A stretch of DNA of 44,022 nucleotides, from contig NIVC01002396.1 of assembly GCA_002269645.1 (NCBI GenBank), positions 134,399 through 178,420 on the forward strand, in the 5' to 3' direction. Shown piece after piece: positions 1 to 18,283 of this stretch. The stretch's first letter is position 1; each line of letters starts with the position of its first letter. Below the pieces are notes generated by a model. That model saw only the letters and a list, made by a program, of their open reading frames with translations. It searched no databases and was not told the DNA's origin. Source of the DNA: Macrostomum lignano. Its lineage: Eukaryota. Made by a program: the position numbers and the translations under genes.

Positions 1-5907
<5,907 letters not shown>

Positions 5908-8900
5908 GGGCTGGCTTTAATTGGTTACTAGACAGCTGAAGTGATAAATTTGTTTTATATGGATATGCATATAGTAGAATTAATTGTTAAAGTATTAACT
6001 ATTAAATACTAAGTATTAGAGGTTGGATAAGACAACCTTTTGGAAAGAGAGGGATCATGATTCCACTTTTGCTAATAAAAATAGGATTTAGGGATCAAAC
6101 AGGATTTGGACCTTGTTCTAACTCTAAAACATTCTATCATTTTAATAACTAGAAATCCTACATCTATGCAGAATAGACTCCATATATATTGAATGTTAAA
6201 ATCATTAAATTAAATGTCCTTATTTTTGTTTACTATCAACTGTTTTCATAGAAATCTTTTTGGTCTACAAAAATGTACATTCAAAACTTTTAGTTGTTGT
6301 ATTTCCACATGGATCCTAACAAAAGTGGAAATAAAAATAGTAGATAGAAACTAGCAATCAGTGCCCCCCATTCAGGAGCTAAAAAATGCAGTACTAGTTT
6401 TTTTAATAAATTACATATAGTGTCTCTTTGTATATATATATAGACATCTAGCAAACAAACTAATAGAAGATGAAATAACATGTACCTTAAATAAATAGTG
6501 CATAAACTATCTGCTAAAATTTATTCTAATGCACATTGTGCTATGCTACTTTTCTAATTGAAAAGGTGGCGTAGCATTGCAATATTTTATGAGTATTATA
6601 AGATTATATATTATTTATATTTATATGATAAAAGTACCACATTTAAAGGCTTAAATTGACCTATGCCATATATATTATAGCATCATAGTTTCATGGTCAA
6701 GGTTTTAGCTAAACTATTTTCAATCTTGAATCTTAAACACCTTAGGCCTATAATCCATAGTCCGGATCATGCTAAATGCACAACCAAACAAAAATTGAAT
6801 AATAACAAATGTATGCTAAAAAAATTAAGTGCACACCCTATTCTTAAAACTATGCTGGTGTTGCAACAATAAAGAACTTTTTTACATTGTGACAATAAAT
6901 TACCTTTTTTGAATTGCATTATGGATCCTTTTTGGCAGATAATTTGGTTGATTTTACTGCTTTTTAGCTATACTATTTATAGCAGAAAATCGATATATGC
7001 AAAGATTTGTTTAAATGCTTTATTACAAGGTTAAAAAACTAGAAAGCTTGAAATATATGCTTAAAAATGAACTTTATCTTTTTTCTACTTTACAATAACT
7101 CTTCCACATGATTCTACAAAGTGCATGCCAGGTGTGCACATATACTATTTTCTTAGGAGTGATGCACACCAATTCTGCATGCCTATTTTTGGCATGCAAG
7201 GCCAATGCATGCCCAAATTTTTGGGTATGCCACATATACTACATGATCCAGAGTGTGGCCTATAATCTTATTTACTATTTTTTATAAATAAATATTTGTA
7301 TATAATAACAGATGCATAAAACACAGCTAACCCAGCCAATCTAGCTAATTGGCAAGAGGCCTAGCCAAGGTAAGTTGCAAAAATGCCCACCCAAAAAATA
7401 TAGATATAGTACTAATTAGATTATGAGGCATTTAGCCTTAATAAGAAGTTATAGTTACTCCTACTTTTTACCCAAACAAATTTGCTTTTGTATTTCTTTC
7501 TTTGTACATCTAAAACTACTTTCTAGCAAAAAGTATACTATTTTAGAGCTTAAAATAAAGCATTATTTGTTATAAAATACAAACATAATTTGAATTTTAT
7601 GCCAACCAAGAACTAAATATACCTTAAACTAGTTGACTAGTTGGGATAAGGAGAAAATAACACAATGGTGCAACTAAAAGGAGGCAAAGGGGCCTAGCTT
7701 GTCTATATATATCAATAAGTTCTATAAAAATGCAAATCAATATGACATATTTTTCTTTGTCAATCTTATCAATAACCACCCTCAGATTGCTATATAGGGT
7801 GGCTATTATACTACTATAGCTTTATAAATATATGATCTATTCTTTTACTCATGTTTATAATGAGTACATATGAGCTTTTTAGATGTATGCAAGAAATGTA
7901 GCTAGGTTAGATATGAGAACTTGATAAATGGTTAAATTACTAAAAAATGGACAAATAAAATCTTTGTCCAATATAACAATCTATGCAAAAAATTTGTGCT
8001 ATCTATTTTTGTTTTTTATATTTTTTCTCTTATTTTCATTTTTTGAACCAAAACATCTAGTTTTTTATCAATGCTACATGCAAGAAAGTGATAGCTATGC
8101 AACTAGTGAAATTTGGCATACAATATGCAAATGCAGGCCAAAAAATTATACATATAGACTCATTTATATCATATTCAAATAATCAAGACTGTATAATGCT
8201 AGATGCTATTTTGGCATTTATGAAAGAATATAGGCCTATCTGTATCTTATAAGGCATTAAATCAAAATATATACTAATATAGTCCTTAAGAATAAGACAA
8301 GAGATATTCCCTAAGGCAAACTGGCAAATAAGAAAGAAGATAAAATGAATGTGAGCACTATCATTTTCGTAGGCAACAAATTTATAACATTATTTTATGA
8401 AAAAATAGGCCTATATTCTTTTTGTTAAATAAAGCCCAAAGGCCGAAAACTTTATTGCAATATTATGTTTAAAAAGCAAAGTAGGCCTACTATAAAAATA
8501 TAAAGGACTAGATAAGATAGGCCTAGGCTCTAAAAAAACTAGGCTTAACACTAAAGTGACAGACCAAGGTGGCCACATACCAATATGGCTACAAGGCAAA
8601 CCTATTTCTTATTGCTTTACTTTAAAAGGAAGGCTGAGAAGAAGGTAAGGTATAGAAATAGAAACTCTTTCATAGGCCTATCAATTACATTCATTTCAAC
8701 CTCTATGAAACATGCACCAACATTAACACCTAACCCTTTCCTTGACCTTGGCCTTGATAAAAATTTAAAATTCATATACTTTCGTGTCTAGTAGGCCTAT
8801 ACAAATTATTAACAGTAATGATTAAGCTTAATAAGCATATTAAAGAATTCAGCTTGTTATATTATAGAGAATGAAGCAACAAAGACTGACCAAACCTTTA

Positions 8901-10211
8901 ACATCTGCTTTGAATGAAAGTTTGCTTAGGCTAACCTGTCTCTCCTACTATCCAGTGCAGTGGCCAAACCGAGACAACTCCCCTACTCTAATTTACTATT
9001 TTGCAATCTTGCCATTTTTTGTGTAGATTTAGCCCATATACACAAAAGTATATAATTAGGCCTAGTCCATACTACTAAACTTCTAAAGAAAATCTAATTA
9101 TGGCTAAATTATGGGCCTAGCAATGGGCTTATTGTCGACATAGGTCATAGTATACATACATCGTCGATGAGACGATAATAGTATAATACTAGCAATGGCC
9201 AATGGGCTTATTGTTGACATAGGTCATAGTATACATACATCGTCGATGAGACGATAATAGTATAATACTAATAGTAAAAGTGAATAAGACACGAAGTTGA
9301 TGAGTGATGATAACAGATTTACGAGTTTAGTAGGCCCCCTATAAGCCCATTCTAGAGTTTTTCGAATTGAATATATTGTAAGGCTAAGGCCTAGACTTAA
9401 TATTACATGTCCACCAACCAACATGCCATATGAATGATTTTCATTCTAATAGATTCTATTCAACCAACATTTTCAATTTCATTCGAACAAACTAGAAGTT
9501 GAATTTTAGCCCTTTAAAACAATGTTGCATCCTTTAACATTTCTTGAATACTGCTAATTAATTAGAAAAATAATGAAAATTTAGGATCTCTAATATTCTA
9601 ACAGCCTAAAAATAATGCAGAAAATCTGATGTACATGCAGTAAAAGAAGAAGCTTTGTTATTCTGCTTACATCAAAATTATTTCATCTAAATATCTAAAA
9701 AGCATTATGACGTTTTTAACACTATACAGAAGCCTCTTCACATTACCAATTCCAGAACCAGAATCGGTTTGGATCTTCCAAGAAAAACAGCAGTATAACT
9801 ATTTAACTCTGTTAATATTTGACTGCCTTAACAGCCTCACTTTTTATAGCAAGTATATCCCTCTAAAGGAGACAAAAAGTTATACTTTACAAATTGGTTC
9901 TGGTTCTAGAACCAGAACAAGCAATATGAAGAGCCTCCAGTACGTAGTGACCCATCGGAACCACTTTCTGTAGCGCAGTCTACGGACTTATGAAAAGAGT
10001 TTCAAAAATGAAATAAAAATATGAAGCAATTCCAGACCTATTAAAATATGAAAAACTGTGTACGGGCTACTATATTCACATACCTATTTCCATTGGGTTT
10101 TTGCTTGATATAATTAAATGCTTTTGCAAGGAAATACAAAAATTATTATATTTTTAATCGCGACCCGTAATTTGAGACGCAGTACGTAGCTCATCACTAT
10201 TTAACAGTAGA

Positions 10212-10793
10212 ACTACCAAGAGGGGAATCCCCCCCTCTTTGACATTTTTTGCTGCGCAGGAACAGAGCAACGCAGCTAGCTCACGAAATTCTAGAACACA
10301 GGCTAACTTTTTGATGCGCGCACCTTCTCAAACAAAAATCAAGTCGCCAGCCCTCTGGACCGTCGAGATATTCGACGATTCTGGCAGAGGGTCGGATTTT
10401 CCCATAAGCGCTAGTGTGTACGTATTCAGTACACCCCTGCTGTGCGCCAATCCCTACCGCGCCTCGTGCAGCCTTGCCAAGCCTCCAAATTTCATCGGCA
10501 CACGTCGACCACATGTGTCTGCATCGATCAGCTCTGACTTGGTTGGTCACTGTTATTTAATCAGGCGGAGCTTCTGGAACTTCAACAGGTGGCACCAGGG
10601 GACTATGAACACCCTGATGCGAATTTCTCTAGTTTATGATCAAGCCTCGACTTGATTCTTGTTTGAGAAGGTGCGCAACAAAAAGTTAGCCCGTGTTCTT
10701 GAATTTCGTAAGCCTGCGTTGCTCCGTTCCGGCCGTTCCGTTCCGGCGCAGCAAAAAAATTGTCAGGGGCCGGGATTCCCCCCTTTTGGTAGT
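10212..10793. mobile_element. Non-autonomous DNA transposon (MITE-like) with ~135-145 bp imperfect terminal inverted repeats
   Basis: 10212-10346 (actaccaagaggggaatccc...tttgctgcgc...caccttctcaaacaaaaatcaagtcg) aligns with the reverse complement of 10648-10793. No transposase ORF and no clear target-site duplication. Confidence 0.8.
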
Positions 10794-11551
10794 CCGATAG
10801 GCGGAAAAATGGCTTGGTATTCCTACTGTTAAGATAATCTATGCTGAATTTGGGCTTACTCTTGAATGGAACTTTTTACTGCACACGGCACATGCAACAA
10901 GCATCCCAGATTTACAGCTGTATCATAATGTGTTTATGTACAGTGTTATATTTCGGTCGCTACGAGCGTAGTTAAAGCAAGTTTTGATCTTTTGAAACAA
11001 CCTAAATGCATGTGCTGACTAATTCCGTCCCAGGTGTCTTCAAATTCGTGTCGCCGTGACTAACCTACATGTATAGTTTCTTTCCCGTCAAAGTCAGTGC
11101 TAAAACACAGCAAATTTCGAAATCCTTTCAAAAGGAGACTAAAACGGGTGAAAAAAAATTTTAGGACTTTAAAAATTTAAAAGCTAATTAGTGAGATAAG
11201 ACACGTCTTCTTTTACTAAATTAAGAATCTGAAAATTGCAATTTGCTTTTGCGCATTTTATATTTGCAAAGCGAAATTTTAATTTAAAGTTTTTTCCAAA
11301 CAGTTTTTCGTTAAAGAACCACCGCGCTGCAGCGCGCCACTTTCTTGCTGAGAAAATGAGAAAAAGGCGTTGAATATTTGCGATCGAGAGAGCTGGGCCA
11401 GCGATTACAGGTACTGACACATTTGAAACAAATGGTTACAAATACATTGAAATACACAGTTTTATTATTTATGCTGTACTGCAGCCGAGTAGATTAAACT
11501 GATCGGCAGAAAAATGATTGTCATTCCAGCCGGACTGACCGCATGCACTAT

Positions 11552-12157
11552 TTACCCTCGGCAGTTGCCACTGCTGCAGCCGCCGCCGCCGCCGCCGCCT
11601 CCGAAGCCTCCACTATAACCTCCACTATAGCCTCCACCACTGTAACCTCCACCACCTCCGTAGCCTCCACCACTGTAACCTCCACCACCTCCGTAGCCTC
11701 CACTGTAGCCGCCTCCGTAGCCGCTGCCGCCACCACCGCCGCCGCCGCCGCCGCCAAATCCAGTGTCGCACGGTTGGCATGGCGGGCAAGGCGGTGGACA
11801 AGGCGGCGGGCAGCGCAACGGTCTGCAATAGCTGATTCGGCAGCAGTCAGGCGTAGGACACAGATCCGGCAGGCGCCTGAACTCGCACGTATTGTCCGGA
11901 CAGGGCAGCGGCAACGGCGGAAAGCAGACAGGCGTTGGCGGCGGGCACAATTGAATCTGCGGCATGCAGCAGGGATCGCACGGCGGCCTCGGGATCCAGC
12001 AGGGCTGGCAGGGTGGCGGCGGGCATGGCGGCGGACAAGGCGGCGGGCAGGGTGGTGGGCAAGGCTGACAGCACGACGGCTCCTGGGCTGCATAGGGCGG
12101 ACAGAAGCCAGGCTCCGGGCACATCATCGGGCAGGGCGGCTGCGGCAGGCTGCACAT
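11552..12157 (-). CDS. Intronless 201-aa Cys/Pro-rich then Gly/Tyr/Ser-rich protein of unknown family (probably structural)
   Basis: ATG-initiated ORF with ~30 Cys, CPPPCPPPC runs and GGGYSGG repeats. AATAAA on the minus strand at 11461-11466, ~85 nt past the stop. No signal peptide evident. Confidence 0.7.
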   Translation of the reverse strand: MCSLPQPPCPMMCPEPGFCPPYAAQEPSCCQPCPPPCPPPCPPPCPPPPCQPCWIPRPPCDPCCMPQIQLCPPPTPVCFPPLPLPCPDNTCEFRRLPDLCPTPDCCRISYCRPLRCPPPCPPPCPPCQPCDTGFGGGGGGGGGGSGYGGGYSGGYGGGGGYSGGGYGGGGGYSGGGYSGGYSGGFGGGGGGGGCSSGNCRG

Positions 12158-12778
12158 GCTATTCGCGACTGATCAAACTGATAGGCCAATCGCTGACGAT
12201 TCTGATGCAGCCAATTGGTTCTTTTCTTCTTTGAAGCAACCTTTGTTTTCGCTATTTTCTGCCAGCCGACCTCTCACTACAAACAAGCACAATCTGTTAG
12301 CAGCCTTACACTTGCATGCCCGGAACAAAAGTAAAAAACGATTTTAAAGTTTTGAGTAGTCAACTTTTTGTACAGTCTCAGTTGTCAGCCAGCTTGGCCA
12401 TAGACTAAAATTGAAAGTACTTGAAAGCTTATTTGCTTTGTTTTACAGCAATTCAAGCTCGCTGATTATTTATCATAGACTTTTATAACTGCATACTATA
12501 AATTAAAATGAATAAACCCTAAAATTTATTGCATTTTGTAGTGCTTCAAAAAGCAAAACTGTAGATCCGGGTGCAGAATTCATAATTGCGTGATGGATTT
12601 CGGGGTAGCCAAAAGCCGAAAATTTGAGAAGTCTAATCACTTTCGATTTTACATGGGTTTTAATTTAATCATTATAGATACATTGTTTAATAAATCATTA
12701 TTTTAGTAAAATAGACTCTGACTGGGTATGCTTAGCCTGAGCATTTTTGTGGAGGATGCTTGAAACTCAACATAATCT

Positions 12779-15700
12779 TTATTCAGCTTGAATACGGTCT
12801 TCGGGAACACCCTGCAGATCAAATTGCCGCCGATTATAAACCTCTTTGAAGAAGAAGACTAGAGGCAGAGAGATCAGACAGGAGCCAGTCATTAGGTAGT
12901 TCATCCACAGCGTCCCCGCCTGCGGGAAGAGCAGCACGGTGAGAAACACGCCCGAGAACACGTTGTTGGCCGTGGTAACCACCATGGTGGTGGTCTCCTC
13001 GCCAACTGGAAAGGCGCTCTCGCAGGCCAGCTCATAGAATAGCGGAAATGCGGCCGTCATGCTCGAAATGCCCAGGATGTTGCTGGCTAACACGTAGTAG
13101 AAGCCGCTCGGCAGCAGCCTGTCGCAGATGAGAGTCAGCCAGGCGTAGAACAGGGCCGACGCCGTCATCAGGAGGAAGCTGGTCAGAGCCATTCGTGGCC
13201 GACGGAAGCAGTCAACGATGCGGCCTGCAACTAGGCCAACCGCCATGCTGACTGCCGTGGACACGAAGCCGATCCAGTCAGCTTCGGTTTCGTCGATGCC
13301 AAACGCGGCCACGTTGATGGCCAAGACGGCGTTGAAAGCTCCGCTAACGCCCGAAGGAATTCCGTAGGCGATCACTATTAACCAGGTGTTCAAGCCCAGG
13401 TGACGCAGACCTCGGTCTGTTGACCGTTCAACCTGAGATGAAATACTTGGCGGCAGTTTCGGTCGGCTGGGAAAGTACATCAGAGTGAGTAGCAGCAGCG
13501 CGAAGGCAACACCGAAGTCTATGTAGTTGTACAGCGATACTTGGCCCCTGACTGCGCTGCAAAATGGGAAATGTGATTTGATAATAGGGGCGGTAGATAA
13601 TCCGATCATGAGCGGGAATTGATTGACGTGTCACTGGAACAGGGCGGATCCACCAGGAACTGCTGATCTGTGGTCACAGACAGTACAATAGCGGATCACC
13701 GGATCAGGAACTACTGATCTGTGGTCACAGACAGTACAATAGCGGATCACCGGATCAGGAACTACTGATCGGTGGTCACAGACAGTACAATGGCGGATCA
13801 CCGGATCAGGAACTGCTGATCTGTGGTCACAGACAGTACGATGGCGGATCACCGGATCAGGAACTACTGATCGGTGGTCACAGACAGTACAATGGCGGAT
13901 CACCGGATCAGAAACTACTGATCTGTGGTCACAGACAGTACAATGGCGGATCACCGGATCAGGAACTGCTGATCGGTGGTCACAGACAGTACTAGGGCCG
14001 GATCACCGGATCAGGAACTGCTGATCGGTGGTCACAGACAGTACTAGGGCCGGATCACCGGATCAGGAACTGCTGATCGGTGGTCACAGACAGTACTAGG
14101 GGCGGATCACCGGATCAGGAACTGCTGATCTGTGGTCACAGACAGTACAATGGCGGATCACCGGATCAGGAACTGCTGATCGGTGGTCACAGACAGTACT
14201 AGGGCCGGATCACCGGATCAGGAACTGCTGATCTGTGGTCACAGACAGTACTAGGGCCGGATCGCCGGATCAGGAACTGCTGATCTGTGGTCACAGACAG
14301 TACAATGGCGGATCAACGGATCAGGAACTGCTGATCTGTGGTCACAGACAGTACGATGGCGGATCACCGGATCAGGAACTGCTGATCTGTGGTCACAGAC
14401 AGTACAATGGCGGATCAACGGATCAGGAACTGCTGATCGGTGGTCACAGACAGTACAATGGCGGATCAACGGATCAGGAACTGCTGATCGGTGGTCACAG
14501 ACAGTACAATGGCGGATCAACGGATCAGGAACTGCTGATCTGTGGTCACAGACAGTACGATGGCGGATCACCGGATCAGGAACTGCTGATCTGTGGTCAC
14601 AGACAGTACAATGGTGGATCACCGGATCAGAAACTACTGATCTGTGGTCACAGACAGTACGATGGCGGATCACCGGATCAGGAACTGCTGATCTGTGGTC
14701 ACAGACGGTACAATGGTGGATCACCGGATCAGAAACTGCTGATCGGTCATGGTAGGACCATGGCAGTTAATAAAGCAACAACAACTAATAGAGCACATTT
14801 ACTGACCTTATCGTGTTATTAAATTCAAAGCCAATGGTCAACGCTGTTCCATTGACGTCTTGCACGATCAGGGGGCCTGAAAATACGTGTATAAAAAACA
14901 GACTGAGAACGAGGTTTATGGGAAAGCAAGTTTCGAGTTACCAAAACACGCCTAGGCACTTCATACCGATCAGGAAAGACAGAGTCGGGCCCAGTGACTG
15001 GCTCAGAGCTGCTATGGCAACGGCGGTGACTCGCTCATTCATTGGAAACCACTCAGCAGCCAGTTTCGTGCCCGCTGCCATGGCAACTGGACCGGCGAAT
15101 CCGTTTAAAACGCCGCATGCGTGGCACATGGCTAGAAATACGGCGTCCGACTGGAATGGGATGGCCTTGAGAGCGCAGCCAACTGCTACCAGACCTACCG
15201 ACAGGAGGCAGGGTAGGCGAAGTCCGCGATAACGTAAAAACAGTGTCCAACCGTAGAACGACACCACGTACGTGATGGGACCCCATAGAGTCAGCAGGCC
15301 CAAGGTGGCATTGTCCCAGTTGAATACGGCTTTCATGCTACTTGCTATTGGTCCCCAGTGGTTCCATACAGCGCCCTGCAGTGTCACCAGACCGACATAA
15401 ACCAGCAGAACGTACCAGCGGTACCAGAACACTCGAGTTCCCGGCTGGGATGGCGAGACAGCCACTAGTGGCGTCTCCTCGTCCACTGTCTGAAATCAAG
15501 CATTGGGAGCATAGTTCTTGTCTCATTTCTGAGAGATGGGACTGTTTCACGCTAGACAAGGCTGATCTACGCTCGTACTACAGACTAGTGTTGGGGTGAT
15601 CTACTACAGTCTAGTGTAAGACTGATCTACTACAACCTAATGTTAATATGATCTACTACAGACTAGTGTAAGACTGATCTACTACAACCTAATGTTAATA

Positions 15701-17701
15701 TGATCTACTACAGACTAGTGTAAGACTGATCTACTACAACCTAATGTTAATATGATCTACTACAGACTAGTGTAAGACTGATCTACTACAACCTAATGTT
15801 AATATGATCTACTACAGACTAGTGTAAGACTGATCTACTACAACCTAATGTTAATATGATCTACTACAGACTAGTGTAAGACTGATCTACTACAACCTAA
15901 TGTTAATATGATCTACTACAGACTAGTGTAAGACTGATCTACTACAACCTAATGTTAATATGATCTACTACAGACTAGTGTAAGACTGATCTACTACAAC
16001 CTAATGTTAATATGATCTACTACAGACTAGTGTAAGACTGATCTACTACAACCTAATGTTAATATGATCTACTACAGACTAGTGTAAGACTGATCTACTA
16101 CAACCTAATGTTAATATGATCTACTACAGACTAGTGTAAGACTGATCTACTACAACCTAATGTTAATATGATCTACTACAGACTAGTGTAAGACTGATCT
16201 ACTACAGACTAGTGTTAATATGATCTACTACAGACTAGTGTAAGACTAATCTACTACAGGCTAGTGTTAATGCGATCTACTACAGACTAGTTGGGGTGAT
16301 CTACTACAGACTAGTGTTAGGGTGATCTACTACAGACTAGTTGGGGTGATCTACTACAGACTTGTGTTGGGGTGATCTACTACAGACTAGTTGGGGTGAT
16401 CTACTACAGACTAGTGTTGGGGTGATCTACTACAGACTAGTGTTGGGGTGATCTACTACAGATTAGTGTTGGGGTGATCTACTACAGACTAGTTGGGGTG
16501 ATCTACTACAGACTAGTGTTGGGGTGATCTACTACAGACTAGTTGGGGTGATCTACTACAGACTAGTGTTAGGGTGATCTACTACAGACTAGTGTTGGGG
16601 TGATCTACTACAGACTAGTGTTGGGGTGATCTACTACAGACTAGTTGGGGTGATCTACTACAGACTAGTGTTGGGGTGATCTACTACAGACTAGTTGGGG
16701 TGATCTACTACAGACTAGTGTTAGGGTGATCTACTACAGACTAGTGTTGGGGTGATCTACTACAGACTAGTTGGGGTGATCTACTACAGACTAGTGTTGG
16801 GGTGATCTACTACAGACTAGTGTTGGGGTGATCTACTACAGACTAGTGTTGGGGTGATCTACTACAGACTAGTGTTGGGGTGATCTACTACAGACTAGTG
16901 TTGGGGTGATCTACTACAGACTAGTGTTAGGGTGATCTACTACAGACTAGTGTTGGGGTGATCTACTACAGACTAGTTGGGGTGATCTACTACAGACTAG
17001 TGTTGGGGTGATCTACTACAGACTAGTGTTGGGGTGATCTACTACAGACTAGTGTTGGGGTGATCTACTACAGACTAGTTGGGGTGATCTACTACAGACT
17101 AGTGTTGGGGTGATCTACTACAGACTAGTGTTGGGGTGATCTACTACAGACTAGTTGGGGTGATCTACTACAGACTAGTGTTGGGGTGATCTACTACAGA
17201 CTAGTGTTGGGATGATCTACTACAGACTAGTTGGGGTGATCTACTACAGACTAGTGTTGGGGTGATCTACTACAGACTAGTGTTGGGGTGATCTACTACA
17301 GACTAGTGTTGGGGTGATCTACTACAGACTAGTGTTAATTTAAGCTAGGTATTTCTGCTGTACATTGTATTTTAATTAGCGTTTGGCGATTGAGATTTGA
17401 TTGATGGATATGCAAAATGCTCGAAGCAAAATTGACTGCGAGCTAAAGAGAAGTGTAATAGCCAATAGTGTGAAATATTGGCATGAGAAAATTTGAGAAC
17501 AAAATCTAGCTACTTGTGAAAGATGAGACGCTTGGAAGGTTCATTGTCAGTCAAATCGCTCCGTGTGTAGAGTAAAAGTCCCGTCATGCATTTAGCTACG
17601 AGTACTTGAGTAGGTAGATGAAAAAAGACAATGTACACAATAGGTTTAACATAAAATAAGTATAAGTGTTTGATGGATTGAAGTCTATAGGGACTTACCA
17701 T
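12779..17701 (-). CDS. SLC49A4: MFS transporter, SLC49 (DIRC2/FLVCR) family, ~457 aa
   Basis: Exons 17699-17701 (ATG then gtaagt), 14967-15489 (VFWYRWYVLLVY...WNHWGPI...AAEWFPMNERVTA...LGPTLSFLI), 14807-14876 (GPLIVQDVNGT...), 12779-13556 (YFPSRPKLPPS...FYELACESAFPVGE). Phases 0/1/2 join into one uninterrupted 1374-nt frame. The family is secure; the exact orthologue symbol is less so. Confidence 0.88.
13655..14748. repeat. 51-bp intronic minisatellite
   Basis: Unit gatcaccggatcaggaactgctgatctgtggtcacagacagtacaatggcg in intron 13557-14806. Confidence 0.96.
15560..17337. repeat. 26-bp intronic minisatellite with a 52-bp dimeric subdomain
   Basis: Core gatctactacagactagtgt. Alternating ...taagact / ...acctaatgttaatat units in ~15610-16200, then tggggt units of 24 or 26 bp. 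Confidence 0.96.
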
Positions 17702-18283
17702 ATCTTCCGAAGCTTTATTAACCGCGATAATTTTGATGCCTTTCTGTATTTCAGTTTTTAATTCTAGCTACTTATGCCATTGCACTCCCTCAGGTGATAG
17801 CAGGAGGTGGGCGGCCAGTACTTCCAGTGTACAAAAGAGCGAATAACTCTCGGCATGTTGCTATATAAATGGCTCATGCCCACACACAAAATCCGTACAA
17901 AACTGCTTAAAGGAATGCTAAGCGTCATTCGGAGCAGTGGTTCTTTATCTAAATTTCAAGCACTGAAAGCTTCGCCAAAAAGCTAGCGATATCGAGTGTA
18001 TATAGCCAGAGTATTCTTAAGATAATCTTCTTCAATTTGCCTGACGTGATACGCAGATAGCTAAGTACGAGCTGTCACTACCGACTAATGGAGAATGTTC
18101 TGAGATCGACTAGAGTTGTGGATCTAGTAGATCTCTTGGGGGGGGGGATTATACTCATAAGAAAATTGCTCAGATTGAAAAGTTTTATATGCAGGGTCGT
18201 CGCCATGGGTTGTATGTTAAGGGGGGAGAAAGCCAAGAATTCTACATGTACATGTTCATGTTTTTCGCCCTTTCTTGCGCTGA

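Noticed and set aside
6290-9973. Short hydrophobic ORFs in the AT-rich block
   Set aside because: 60-90 aa, no recognisable motifs or splice structure; expected by chance in AT-rich DNA.
11543-12172. Plus-strand 209-aa Ala/Thr/Arg-rich ORF and alternative minus frames
   Set aside because: Antisense or alternative-frame shadows of the GC-rich Cys/Gly ORF, which alone has a coherent composition and a polyA signal on its strand.
13631-14822. Cys/His-rich repeats RHCTVCDH resembling zinc knuckles
   Set aside because: 51-bp intronic minisatellite of the MFS gene, bounded by that gene's splice sites.
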